Below are positions 30,307 through 39,193 of a stretch of DNA of 64,000 nucleotides, in pieces. The first letter of the stretch is position 1; each line of letters begins with the position of its first letter. The notes beneath the pieces are model-generated. The model was not told the origin of the DNA, searched no databases, and saw only the letters and a program-made list of their open reading frames with translations. The DNA comes from Pseudobdellovibrionaceae bacterium. Lineage in GTDB: Bacteria > Bdellovibrionota > Bdellovibrionia > Bdellovibrionales > Bdellovibrionaceae. The translations under genes and the position numbers were made by a program. The DNA lies in NCBI GenBank assembly GCA_039810425.1, contig JBDHWW010000008.1:1-64000 (forward strand). Reading direction: 5' to 3'.

Positions 30307-31741
30307 GAGCTTTAATGCTATCTTCAAGCATATAAACGCTCAAGATTCTTTGCAGCTTTTCGTGGATTTCCAAGCTGCGGCTGGCGACACTGTCTTGCGT
30401 GCCGGGCGGGATACGCAGCTTTTCCGTTTGGTACCACCTGATGATCGGCCCTACCGTCGGAATCATGCGTGCTACAGCCGCCATCACCTCATCCGCACGG
30501 TCCAGAAGCGGCCCCATCACTTCCAGACCTTTGTCTGGAATCGCGCGGATATTGTCCTGGGCAAGCTTGTTCACCTCGGAAATCCTCTCGATGGCCTGGA
30601 CGAACTGCAGATCATCCACAATCGGAAAATCACCACTCAGATAAAGCGCATGAATCAAATTCCAAGTAAAGAGTTCGCGGGGATCTTCATGGGGAACCTG
30701 ATAGCTTGCCAGACCGACGCTTCTTTGAATCAAACCGGCCGGAGCTTGCCCGCACAATACCTGGTGTATGTACAACCCAAGCTCTTCAGATACGACATCC
30801 TCGGGAAAACTCGCTTTATAGATATAACTTTGCGTCGCTTTTGGACCGGTCTCCCAAAAGTTGACTGAATCAAAACTGACATTCAAGCAAGGTGTGTTTG
30901 TCAGGCTTGCCATGTGCATCGGCGCACTGTCGCAACCGACAAGCAGTCGGGCATTTTTAAGCAGGTTAAAAATATCGCGAAGTTGGGTCTGGCCGATCAA
31001 GTTAATGATGCGACCACGGCTCACGCCGGCCTCAATTGCCTCTCCAAGGTTTCTTTCATTCGATGCACCGATCATCACAATTGGGGTTTCCAGATTATGA
31101 TCGAAGAAGTTCTTTAGAACTCGCGCCCACTTAAAGGGCGGCAGAGACTTCTTCGCTTCAGAAGCCCCGATGTGAACCAGTACAAAGCTTGCGGGTAGGC
31201 CGAAATCACGGCCATCCAGTTGAGGGCCGAGCCAATCGTCCTCTTTGTATTCGTAGCCAAGCATAGAAATAAAAATATCCGTCAAGTGAACGCGATTTTG
31301 GCCGTGGACACCGACTTGTGCGTAGAAGTACGCGCTGACTTCGTCTGGAATGCTCAGGAATCCATCGGCATGCCGAGTGTAACCAGTGACCCGTGTTTTC
31401 GCAGTGGAAATCGCATGAACCAGATAGCTCGATGCCGGAGAGAACGTCAAATTGATCACCCAGTCATACTCTTCGAGGCGAAGATCGGCGATAAAATGAT
31501 CCAGCCGTGCCATAGACCCATCCACGTCCACGGACGCTTGGATCATGGGTTCCAAAATATTGGACGTTGGCATTTGAATGTGACGGTCGATGGCGCGCAC
31601 CCCTTCGGTCGCGGCCGCAAACCTCGACCGGGTTAAGAAGTGTAAATCTGATTTGGGATGCAAACGTTTGAGCGCCCGTAACACAGGCCAGCTCATGTAA
31701 ATATCCCCAAGTCTAGCGAGCTGTATGACTAGAATTTTCAT
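30287..31741 (-). CDS. Glycosyltransferase family 9 protein
   Basis: QLARLGD, GCDSAPMHMA motifs. Confidence 0.85.
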   Translation of the reverse strand: MKILVIQLARLGDIYMSWPVLRALKRLHPKSDLHFLTRSRFAAATEGVRAIDRHIQMPTSNILEPMIQASVDVDGSMARLDHFIADLRLEEYDWVINLTFSPASSYLVHAISTAKTRVTGYTRHADGFLSIPDEVSAYFYAQVGVHGQNRVHLTDIFISMLGYEYKEDDWLGPQLDGRDFGLPASFVLVHIGASEAKKSLPPFKWARVLKNFFDHNLETPIVMIGASNERNLGEAIEAGVSRGRIINLIGQTQLRDIFNLLKNARLLVGCDSAPMHMASLTNTPCLNVSFDSVNFWETGPKATQSYIYKASFPEDVVSEELGLYIHQVLCGQAPAGLIQRSVGLASYQVPHEDPRELFTWNLIHALYLSGDFPIVDDLQFVQAIERISEVNKLAQDNIRAIPDKGLEVMGPLLDRADEVMAAVARMIPTVGPIIRWYQTEKLRIPPGTQDSVASRSLEIHEKLQRILSVYMLEDSIKAHESSKD

Positions 31742-31886
31742 GTGGTCCCTGTTCTTTAACGAGCTCTGCTAAAAGCTTCAATTTCTCTGCTTGTTCATCG
31801 TAACCTTGGGTTTTTAAAACTTCTTTATACGCTTTTTCAAGACGCTTCAGCGCCTCTGACAAATAGTTTTCGAGCTCGTTGTTCAT
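31713..31886 (-). CDS. Small helical protein, 57 aa (MNNELENYLSEALKRLEKAYKEVLK...), absent from the ORF track
   Basis: AAGGGGG RBS; fills the gap between the two GT9 genes and overlaps both. Confidence 0.6.
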   Translation of the reverse strand: MNNELENYLSEALKRLEKAYKEVLKTQGYDEQAEKLKLLAELVKEQGPHENSSHTAR

Positions 31887-33087
31887 TCGCAACCCCCTTA
31901 CTTGATTCCGTACGACGATTCAGTTCTTCCACGATCATCGTTTTGGCTTGTATAACTTCATCAAACTGATTTTTTTGAGCGACCGATAGACATTGCACGG
32001 TCCACCCCATCAGATGACGGATTTCCGTCTTTAATACATTCAGCTCCGCGTATTTCCGCGCAAAACTTTCCCATGCGGGACGATCCAAGTTTAACAATAT
32101 TCGGGCGGCTTCATAAACAGCATCCACCGGTACCATTTCGCCGCAACGATGGCTTACTTGAGAGCACTTCTCCGAATGCGGGCAGGGACCGCAACTCACA
32201 CGGCTCTGCAAAATCACTGAATTATTCGAGTATGCTCCCACTTGCAGGGGCTGACTGCTGCCCAACGCGAGCTCTAGGATCGCAATATCCTGAAGGGCCG
32301 CCAAGTGCTTAACACTCGTGTCCCCGGTAATCAGTAGCGCGGCGTTTTGAAGGGCTGCTTCGGCTCCTTGAAAATCACAAATCAGTAAATTCTCCTCTGA
32401 AAAATGCCCCAAAAGCTGTTCTTTCTCATAGGGCGCTCCAAGGACTTGAACCCGGTAAGATGTTTTCTGCTGCAACATCCCGACCAGCGTTTTGTACTTT
32501 TGCAGAGCCCAGTTCTTCTTCACATCGCTGGTGAGCGGTTGAATGACTACGGTCTTTTTGCCGGAAGGCCGGCGCCACTGAACCGCGCTCTGCTCCAATG
32601 GAATGTCCAAGGCCTTTGCCAACAGTTCCGTATAGTGGAATCCAGCGGCCTCACGACGACCGAAGTAGTTATTGAAGAACTGAATCCATGGGTTCGTCAG
32701 CCCATAGAAGGCCCCGTCCCACGAGTAAATACCGACACGATTCTGTGTCGAAATCAACCCAGACAAGTGAGCCGTTAAACGATTGTGGGTAAAATTATAA
32801 ACAGTGTCGTAAGAGTTCTGGTTTATCCCCTCAACGAACCCGCGAAGGTGCTTAAAGCCCCAAAGAATATTGTATTCTTTTTCGCCACAGCTTTTTTGAA
32901 AAGCCTCGCGATCAAAATAAATAAATTTGTCGACGAGTCCCGCGAAAAGAAATTCGATTTGGAAAAACTGCTTGTTCACTAGCAAATGAATCTCGCCTTG
33001 AGGATGCTTTTTACGCAGTCCCTCAATCAACGGTCTCTGGAGTATCAGGTCTCCGAGTCTTAATAGCGAGATTCCTAAAATCCTCAT
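31837..33087 (-). CDS. Glycosyltransferase family 9 protein
   Basis: LLRLGD, KKNW, GDTSVKHLAA motifs. Confidence 0.85.
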   Translation of the reverse strand: MRILGISLLRLGDLILQRPLIEGLRKKHPQGEIHLLVNKQFFQIEFLFAGLVDKFIYFDREAFQKSCGEKEYNILWGFKHLRGFVEGINQNSYDTVYNFTHNRLTAHLSGLISTQNRVGIYSWDGAFYGLTNPWIQFFNNYFGRREAAGFHYTELLAKALDIPLEQSAVQWRRPSGKKTVVIQPLTSDVKKNWALQKYKTLVGMLQQKTSYRVQVLGAPYEKEQLLGHFSEENLLICDFQGAEAALQNAALLITGDTSVKHLAALQDIAILELALGSSQPLQVGAYSNNSVILQSRVSCGPCPHSEKCSQVSHRCGEMVPVDAVYEAARILLNLDRPAWESFARKYAELNVLKTEIRHLMGWTVQCLSVAQKNQFDEVIQAKTMIVEELNRRTESSKGVANEQRARKLFVRGAEAS

Positions 33088-33707
33088 CTCAAAAGCTCTT
33101 TCAGCGTCTCAAAGTAACCACGGTTTTCTTGCGCCGTCCGACTGTTGGAGTTTGCAATGATGTCCGTTGCATCTTTGATCGTCAGCGGCTTCTCTGTTTG
33201 CTTGAGTGAAGTCAAGGTGCCTTCGTCAATTTCAATGCCCAAGTTCGCGAAGTGTTTGGCAATCGCATAAACGGAACGGCCAGTGAGGTTTTTCCACATT
33301 GAGTAGAAAAGATCCTCCTGCGCGCCCCACGTCGTTTGCATGAAATAGACCGGCAAAGACTTCATGATCACCGTTTCAAAAACCTCTGAGTCCAACAAAG
33401 ACTCTAGGCTTTGAAAGCAAGAATAGTTTTCAGCATGTGATCTAATTTGCTTTTTATAGATCGGCAAAAGCTGATCACGGCATTCAATCAAGTGAATTTT
33501 CAAGTACGGATGCGTCTCTTTCAACGCATCGATATGAAACCCGCCCCCCAGACCCAAAACGACGATCTCATTGGAAATCGAGAAGTCCTGTTTTACCGCC
33601 CAGGCCTCGGCCTCTGCGGCGGGACTGTTGAAGTCACAAAGCGCTTTACCATCCTCAAATGGAATCAAGTAACCTGCAGGGTTTTCAGAAAAAGAAATAA
33701 TGCTCAT
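33084..33707 (-). CDS. Protein resembling the N-terminal domain of Maf flagellin glycosyltransferases
   Basis: SPAAEAEAW, VVLGLGGGFHI, IHLIE pattern; flagellar context. Confidence 0.5.
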   Translation of the reverse strand: MSIISFSENPAGYLIPFEDGKALCDFNSPAAEAEAWAVKQDFSISNEIVVLGLGGGFHIDALKETHPYLKIHLIECRDQLLPIYKKQIRSHAENYSCFQSLESLLDSEVFETVIMKSLPVYFMQTTWGAQEDLFYSMWKNLTGRSVYAIAKHFANLGIEIDEGTLTSLKQTEKPLTIKDATDIIANSNSRTAQENRGYFETLKELLR

Positions 33708-33710
33708 ATC

Positions 33711-34781
33711 TTATGCTCTCTTAATATTTTTAAGTTTCTCACGTAAAGAGGCGACTTCTTGATTTTCAGGATTCCACAAAAGCACGCGCTCACACTCAAG
33801 CCGCGCTTCAGATATCTGGCTGTTACTGCAGTAAAGATTGATGAGTGCCAAAGACATGTCCTCATCAAACTCCACTTGGCCGAGATAATTTTGCAAAACT
33901 TCAATGCTTTGATCTTCACGTCGGTCGCGAACGCCCCAACTCGCTAAAAGTAAAACAGCAGTGCGATTGCTTGGATTGATGTCCACCGCAGTTTCCAAAT
34001 TCGCCCACGCCAAAGCGTGATCGCCGAATTGAGCGTGAACCATTGCGAGACCCACCCAGGCTTTGTCATTTCTTGAATTTGCTTCAACCGCTTGGCGGAA
34101 ACAGTATAGAGATTTGTCATAGTCCTGGCGCTGAACCTCCAGCGTACCGAAGTTCACCAAAAGCGTGTCGCAGCCCGGATTCAAGGTATAGGCCTTATTG
34201 TAGTACTCCTCGGCGCCTTCAAAATCGCCTTGGCGAACCATGATATTGCCAATATTTTTATAAATTTCAAAAAGTGCTTCGTTTTCTTCCGTTAACAACG
34301 ACAGCGCTTCAAAATAGCGGCCTTGGGCTTCTTCGTCTTTACCAAGCTTGTAGTAAAGCGTTGCAAGCTTGCGCACTTGTTCAAAGTTGCACGCCACCTT
34401 CACGGCGGCACTACGAACGATCAGCGCCTCATCAAAACGCTGGGTGCGCTCGAGGCATTCCGCTAACAGATTCAAAATCACCGAGTTCTTCGACTGACGG
34501 TTGCTGGCACTCCGGAGAAGATTCAGCGCCAGAGGGAATTCTTGATGCTTCATTAAGACACGGGCATTGGCCACGAGAAGAGCGGCTTTTTCGTCCAAGA
34601 TCTCAGTATTTACTTTCGGCTTTTCCCTCTCGGCTTCGTGATCGAAATCACGAATGGCCTCGGCACGGTCAAAATAGATCGCAGGTGCGGTCGTTTCAGG
34701 CTCCGCACCTGGGTGGGTTTCAGGACCCGTCGAAAGATCGCTGGACTTTTGAAGGTTGTGTAATTCTAGCAACTGGTTCAT
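33711..34781 (-). CDS. Tetratricopeptide repeat protein
   Basis: Multiple TPRs, e.g. IYKNIGNIMVRQGDFEGAEEYYNKAYTLNP. Confidence 0.9.
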   Translation of the reverse strand: MNQLLELHNLQKSSDLSTGPETHPGAEPETTAPAIYFDRAEAIRDFDHEAEREKPKVNTEILDEKAALLVANARVLMKHQEFPLALNLLRSASNRQSKNSVILNLLAECLERTQRFDEALIVRSAAVKVACNFEQVRKLATLYYKLGKDEEAQGRYFEALSLLTEENEALFEIYKNIGNIMVRQGDFEGAEEYYNKAYTLNPGCDTLLVNFGTLEVQRQDYDKSLYCFRQAVEANSRNDKAWVGLAMVHAQFGDHALAWANLETAVDINPSNRTAVLLLASWGVRDRREDQSIEVLQNYLGQVEFDEDMSLALINLYCSNSQISEARLECERVLLWNPENQEVASLREKLKNIKRA

Positions 34782-34833
34782 TGTTCGGCCCTTCTCCTTT
34801 TTTTAGACGAATCACGCGTCGTAAAATTAGAAA

Positions 34834-34850
34834 AGCAACCGCAATGCCAA
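34834..34850 (-). promoter_or_regulatory. Putative sigma54 promoter of the TPR-GT9 operon
   Basis: TTGGCAT-N5-TTGCT, near-consensus -24/-12. Confidence 0.7.
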
Positions 34851-34954
34851 AGAATTTCATTTCTGATTTGATTCTAAATTTGATCTGGCGCCCAAATCCG
34901 CACAGATGAGCCACAAGTTTGACTCCGACCGGGCACCAGACGTCATGAAATTGA

Positions 34955-35380
34955 CTAAGCCTCTTCGTCGAGGCGTTTACTAAAGGTCGGGCTCTTGTAA
35001 CCACCAACGGCTTTACGGGCTCGACGCACATCCTGAAGCTCACGGATGATGTTTGATTTAGCCGATTCTATACAGGCAAGAACTTCCAAGTCCTGTTCAA
35101 TGATACGGCTGACGTATTCATCTTTCGCCCGCATGGATTCAACAACCTGACGGCGCTCTTCGACTGTTATGCCGCTAAAGTCATGTGCCTCAGAGTTTTC
35201 TTGCTCAAGTTGGCCGTCAAGATACCTGATGATTTCCAAGATCCGCTCGCGCGTATTATAAAAGTTCTCGAGATTTTCAAAATTTCCTAGAGAGAAATTC
35301 AGAATTTCCGTCTCATTCAGAGAGTAGAATTTTTCCAAGTAATGGTTTTTTTCTTGCAATAAACTGATGATTCTTTGCAT
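34955..35380 (-). CDS. FlgN/FliT-like flagellar chaperone
   Basis: Helical protein after fliS; C-terminal KAVGGY. Confidence 0.6.
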   Translation of the reverse strand: MQRIISLLQEKNHYLEKFYSLNETEILNFSLGNFENLENFYNTRERILEIIRYLDGQLEQENSEAHDFSGITVEERRQVVESMRAKDEYVSRIIEQDLEVLACIESAKSNIIRELQDVRRARKAVGGYKSPTFSKRLDEEA

Positions 35381-35388
35381 GACCTCTC

Positions 35389-35781
35389 CTATTTCTTAAC
35401 TTCTTGTTCTTTTTTAAGTTTTTCCACAGCCTGCACCCAGCCTTCATAGAGGTTTTCTAAAACCTTTAAGCTGGCGTAAAGAGGTTCAGGTGACCCAGAG
35501 ATATTAGCTTTCGTGAACTGCTCCATTAAAAACATGTAGAGCTGCTCAAGGTTCTTCGCAATCTCGCCTCCAACTTTGTGGTCCAGCGTATTGTTCAGCT
35601 CCATGACGATATCAAAGGCTTTACCGATGTTATAGCCACGCTCGGCGATGTTTTTCTCTTCCGCCGCTTTGATTGCTTGCTTAACGAAGCGGATTGCCCC
35701 TTCATAAAGCATCAACAACAGCTTTTCCCTACTCGCACTTTGAATTGATGTATTTTTGTACTTTTGATAAGCGTTCTTCAT
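35389..35781 (-). CDS. fliS: Flagellin chaperone FliS
   Basis: AYQKY, LLMLYEGAI, EIAKNLEQLY motifs. Confidence 0.95.
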   Translation of the reverse strand: MKNAYQKYKNTSIQSASREKLLLMLYEGAIRFVKQAIKAAEEKNIAERGYNIGKAFDIVMELNNTLDHKVGGEIAKNLEQLYMFLMEQFTKANISGSPEPLYASLKVLENLYEGWVQAVEKLKKEQEVKK

Positions 35782-35828
35782 AAATCTCCTTCTATGCCTC
35801 CATCCCTGTAATCAGTTTCAATTCGCTA

Positions 35829-37202
35829 TTAACCTTTTGCCCCCTGAGCCATCGCCTGGACAGAGCCCATTTGCTGGTTCAGCTGAGACATTTTTGATTC
35901 TAAATCAGAAAATTTCCTTCTGAGACTTTCTTCCTTTTGCACCAACTGGCGTTCTTTGTTGTCGATGCGTTTGTTGATCTGATCAATCTTGTCTTGCATC
36001 CCTTTTTTCCGATTCCCGATAGGACCAAATTGTGAATTCACCATGTTGTTCACGGCATTCTTTACATTGACCACGAATCCAGTTTTAAAACCGTCTCCAC
36101 GGAAGAACTCGGCAACGCCTTGGGGGTTTGATTGCAGAACCTTATTGAACTTATCCTGTTTGAAATCCAAGGTGCCATTACGGTTAAACTCGATGCCCAG
36201 TTCGTTAATGAGCTTGATCGGACTTTCATTTGTAAACATCGGATTCATGATAACGCTACGGAGAGAGCTCTCTACCGTGCGTAACAGACCGTCGCCGCCG
36301 AGCGGGCCCATGGTCGGCGTCTTACTGCCATTTTGAGCTGTGAGCTTGTGTTGCTGCTGAATAAAGCCAAGAACAGAATTATAGGCGTCAACGAAGCTCT
36401 TGATCTTGCCGCTAATGACTTCGTAGTTTTCTTTGACATTGATACGAACCTGCTTGCCCGGCGCCGCCTGTTTCAAGTCCAGAGTCACACCCGGGAAAAG
36501 ATCGGCCACTTTATTCTCAGGCAATTCAATTTCAAAGCCATCGACTTTGATTTTCGCATTTTTTGCCGGGCGAGATTCATCGAAGTACATGTCCTGATCC
36601 CCGTCGAGCATATAGATCTTCGGGAACGCGATTTGTTTATCACTCCCCGTCGCCAAACCCGCAACAAGCAGGCGATAGGGATTTTCAGGGTCTTTACGGT
36701 CTTCAATGACCGAAGCGCGCAAGCCAGCATTCGCTGCATTGATTTGATCGGCAACACCCGTGAGGGTTGAGTTTTCACCGTTGATATAAACTTCTTTGGT
36801 GCCGTCGGGAGTTTCGAATTTGATATAGCCGACACCCATCTGAGCTTTGTCTTTATCAGGAAATCCGTTGGAAATCGCCGAAGGCTTTTCTGCCAGTTGC
36901 AGGACTTCCAAACTGTAATCGCCTGGAACCGCGAAGTTTGGATCCAAAGATCCGTCAGCGATATTTGGATCTCCGCTCGTAAGTTTTTTGTCAGAGAAAC
37001 CTTTGGTGTTCGTCAACTCACCGAGGTTTTTAACGATGTCGTTCACTTTGGACTCGAGGTCGGTGACGAGTTTTAACTTGTCCTCGTTTTTGGCTTTCTG
37101 TGACTCCATGTTCTTCACGGGAATACGCTCAGCGTCCATCAACTGATCGACGATATTCGGCGGTAATCCTGAGGCCATTCCGGAGATACGAATGCCAGCC
37201 AC
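35829..37202 (-). CDS. fliD: Flagellar filament cap protein FliD
   Basis: SGMASGL..IVDQLMDAER, GVTLDL, FVDAYN, KFSDLE. Confidence 0.95.
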   Translation of the reverse strand: MAGIRISGMASGLPPNIVDQLMDAERIPVKNMESQKAKNEDKLKLVTDLESKVNDIVKNLGELTNTKGFSDKKLTSGDPNIADGSLDPNFAVPGDYSLEVLQLAEKPSAISNGFPDKDKAQMGVGYIKFETPDGTKEVYINGENSTLTGVADQINAANAGLRASVIEDRKDPENPYRLLVAGLATGSDKQIAFPKIYMLDGDQDMYFDESRPAKNAKIKVDGFEIELPENKVADLFPGVTLDLKQAAPGKQVRINVKENYEVISGKIKSFVDAYNSVLGFIQQQHKLTAQNGSKTPTMGPLGGDGLLRTVESSLRSVIMNPMFTNESPIKLINELGIEFNRNGTLDFKQDKFNKVLQSNPQGVAEFFRGDGFKTGFVVNVKNAVNNMVNSQFGPIGNRKKGMQDKIDQINKRIDNKERQLVQKEESLRRKFSDLESKMSQLNQQMGSVQAMAQGAKG

Positions 37203-37207
37203 GTTGT

Positions 37208-37270
37208 GAGTCCTCCTGACTCGTTTATCTAAGAACCATCCATAGTTCTTAAAATCAGAGCATCCCTGAT
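37208..37270 (-). promoter_or_regulatory. Three consecutive GGA-containing hairpins in the fliD leader (putative CsrA sites)
   Basis: mRNA sense: AUCAGGGAUGCUCUGAU, UAAGAACUAUGGAUGGUUCUUA, GAGUCAGGAGGACUC (the last contains the SD). Confidence 0.7.
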
Positions 37271-37457
37271 AAGTTCATTCTCGCAGAATATTTGTAAAAC
37301 CGTGAGTCAATCAAATGACCTGGACAAAGCTCGAAAACCGCTTAAAACAGTTATTTTGAGAGGGAATTTTGACACTGGACAGGACCATGGTAAGGGGGCG
37401 TGTTGAGTCCATGCTCCATCAACGCCCCCGCAAACTGCGATATCAACTAATCTGCTA

Positions 37458-38411
37458 TTAGATTTTCGCCAACAGTGCTTGCAGCAAAACGGAAATCAAC
37501 TGTTGCTCTGTCGAGTTAAGTCCCAACTTACTTAAATTAGCGGACTGCCCGGCAATCACACTTGAAAGCAACTGATTGAGATTCAAGCCCATTGATGAAT
37601 TAGAACTCAGAAATTGAGACAAGCCCGACTGGGATCCGGCGGTCAAAGAGTTAATAAGCATTTGTGTGACGCTGCTGCTGTTGGAAAAACCAGAAAGCCC
37701 CTGAATGGACCCCGCACCGATCTTATTTAAAATATCGGATAAAACGCCGGAGCCAATATTGGCAATATTGAGATTGCCGATTCCCAGAACCGCACCCGAA
37801 GAAAGGCTTTGCAGTAAAGCCGAAAGATTTGTCGCCGGAAGGCCGGATGCTCCAAGAGATGAAACCAAGGAACTCATTAGAGTGCTCGACACTGACGACA
37901 GACTTCCATTGCTGACTCCTGCCGCTGAAAGATTCTGGAAAAGTGTCGTTGAGATGTTTTGAATGAGACCACTCGATAGGCCGCCACCGGAAGAAAGCAG
38001 CGATGTCTCAATAGCCGACGTTCCAAGTCCGGAAACAAGCGTCGCGATCTGCGGGCCGCTCAGGCCAGGAACGGTGGCACCGATATTCTGACTCATCCCC
38101 TGAATGATAATTGGAATTAAGGCGTTAACATCGGTACTTGAACTGAGGCCTTTGGCGTTGATGGCAACGGCGCCAGAGTTTAAAAGCGTAAGAAGTTGCG
38201 ACTCGGATAATAAAGACTTTTGACGAAGGCTCGTACCGAAGGTTTGCAATACTTTATTTGACGGAGCGGTATTTTCAGCTGCCGTCGGAGGAACCGCTGC
38301 GCTATTATTGACGGGAGCAGATTCCGCAGAGACGGGCGCATTAAATTTTCCGCCACAAGCTGATAACATGGAAACTGCAGTGATACTTAAAAGCGCGTAA
38401 CGTGATTTCAT
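37458..38411 (-). CDS. Ser/Gly/Leu-rich lipoprotein
   Basis: AAGGAG RBS, lipobox LSAC, low-complexity repetitive helices. Confidence 0.7.
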   Translation of the reverse strand: MKSRYALLSITAVSMLSACGGKFNAPVSAESAPVNNSAAVPPTAAENTAPSNKVLQTFGTSLRQKSLLSESQLLTLLNSGAVAINAKGLSSSTDVNALIPIIIQGMSQNIGATVPGLSGPQIATLVSGLGTSAIETSLLSSGGGLSSGLIQNISTTLFQNLSAAGVSNGSLSSVSSTLMSSLVSSLGASGLPATNLSALLQSLSSGAVLGIGNLNIANIGSGVLSDILNKIGAGSIQGLSGFSNSSSVTQMLINSLTAGSQSGLSQFLSSNSSMGLNLNQLLSSVIAGQSANLSKLGLNSTEQQLISVLLQALLAKI

Positions 38412-38646
38412 AGAGGACTCTCCTTGATATATAAAGGTTAGCTCTCTCTTGTTAGAATGAAAATACTCAGGTAAAAATAAATTTAAATTGTCAAAAATAG
38501 CTCCAGATTTTAAAAAAAATTTGAATAGAACTTCTACGTTTCCAACCTTCCTTTTTTGAAGTGTCTGGTTTGTTTTCGCTATTTAAAAGGTTCATTTAAG
38601 AGTGTGGAACCGATCGTCCCTACGTGAGACCCGGTGGCAAAGCTAT

Positions 38647-39030
38647 TTAAGCGGACTTCTTAAGGAGTTGGCCTTTTGCGCCTGGCTCATTGCCGGCGGG
38701 AAGAGTCCATAAATCAAGTTCAGGAATACGACGGATCACTGTGCCGTTTGTATCTTTGATGAGAACAAACTTTTTATTTTCGATAAGAAACAGTTCTACT
38801 AACCAACCGTGCTCTTTGATGGCTGAAAAATTTCGGAGTTGTTCGAGGGCTTTTTGGATTTGTTCATCGGTCATCGGCTCACGATGTTGCTGATTACCGG
38901 CGCCCGCCTGCTGTCCATTGGCATCGCGGTCCGCTGCCGAATCGGATTTAATCGCTCTCTCGGTTTTCGAGGCGCCCCGAATCGGATTCGTTGGTAGCAT
39001 GTTTCCTAATAGGCCTTTGATATTCATCAA
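38647..39030 (-). CDS. flaG: FlaG-like flagellar protein
   Basis: VLIKDTNGTVIRRIP motif; between flagellin and fliD. Confidence 0.65.
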   Translation of the reverse strand: MMNIKGLLGNMLPTNPIRGASKTERAIKSDSAADRDANGQQAGAGNQQHREPMTDEQIQKALEQLRNFSAIKEHGWLVELFLIENKKFVLIKDTNGTVIRRIPELDLWTLPAGNEPGAKGQLLKKSA

Positions 39031-39035
39031 CCTAC

Positions 39036-39062
39036 TTATCGGCTTTGACCCGAGATTGATTA
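39036..39062 (-). promoter_or_regulatory. Putative sigma28 promoter of flaG
   Basis: TAAT-N15-GCCGATAA (consensus -10). Confidence 0.65.
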
Positions 39063-39193
39063 AATTTCGAGCATAAATCCGGACCTAAGTACCCAGGAGA
39101 GCCTAGACGACTCCCCTGGTAGGTTGGTACTAGGAGGACAATGGAGAACATCCTCCCAGAACTTTTTAAATCTTTTTAAAATTCTTTTAAATA

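Noticed and set aside
39140..39180. Plus-strand 12-aa ORF (MENILPELFKSF) after AGGAGG
   Set aside because: SD-ATG spacing is only 3 nt and it is antisense to flagellin A's 3' UTR; better explained as an anti-RBS element.
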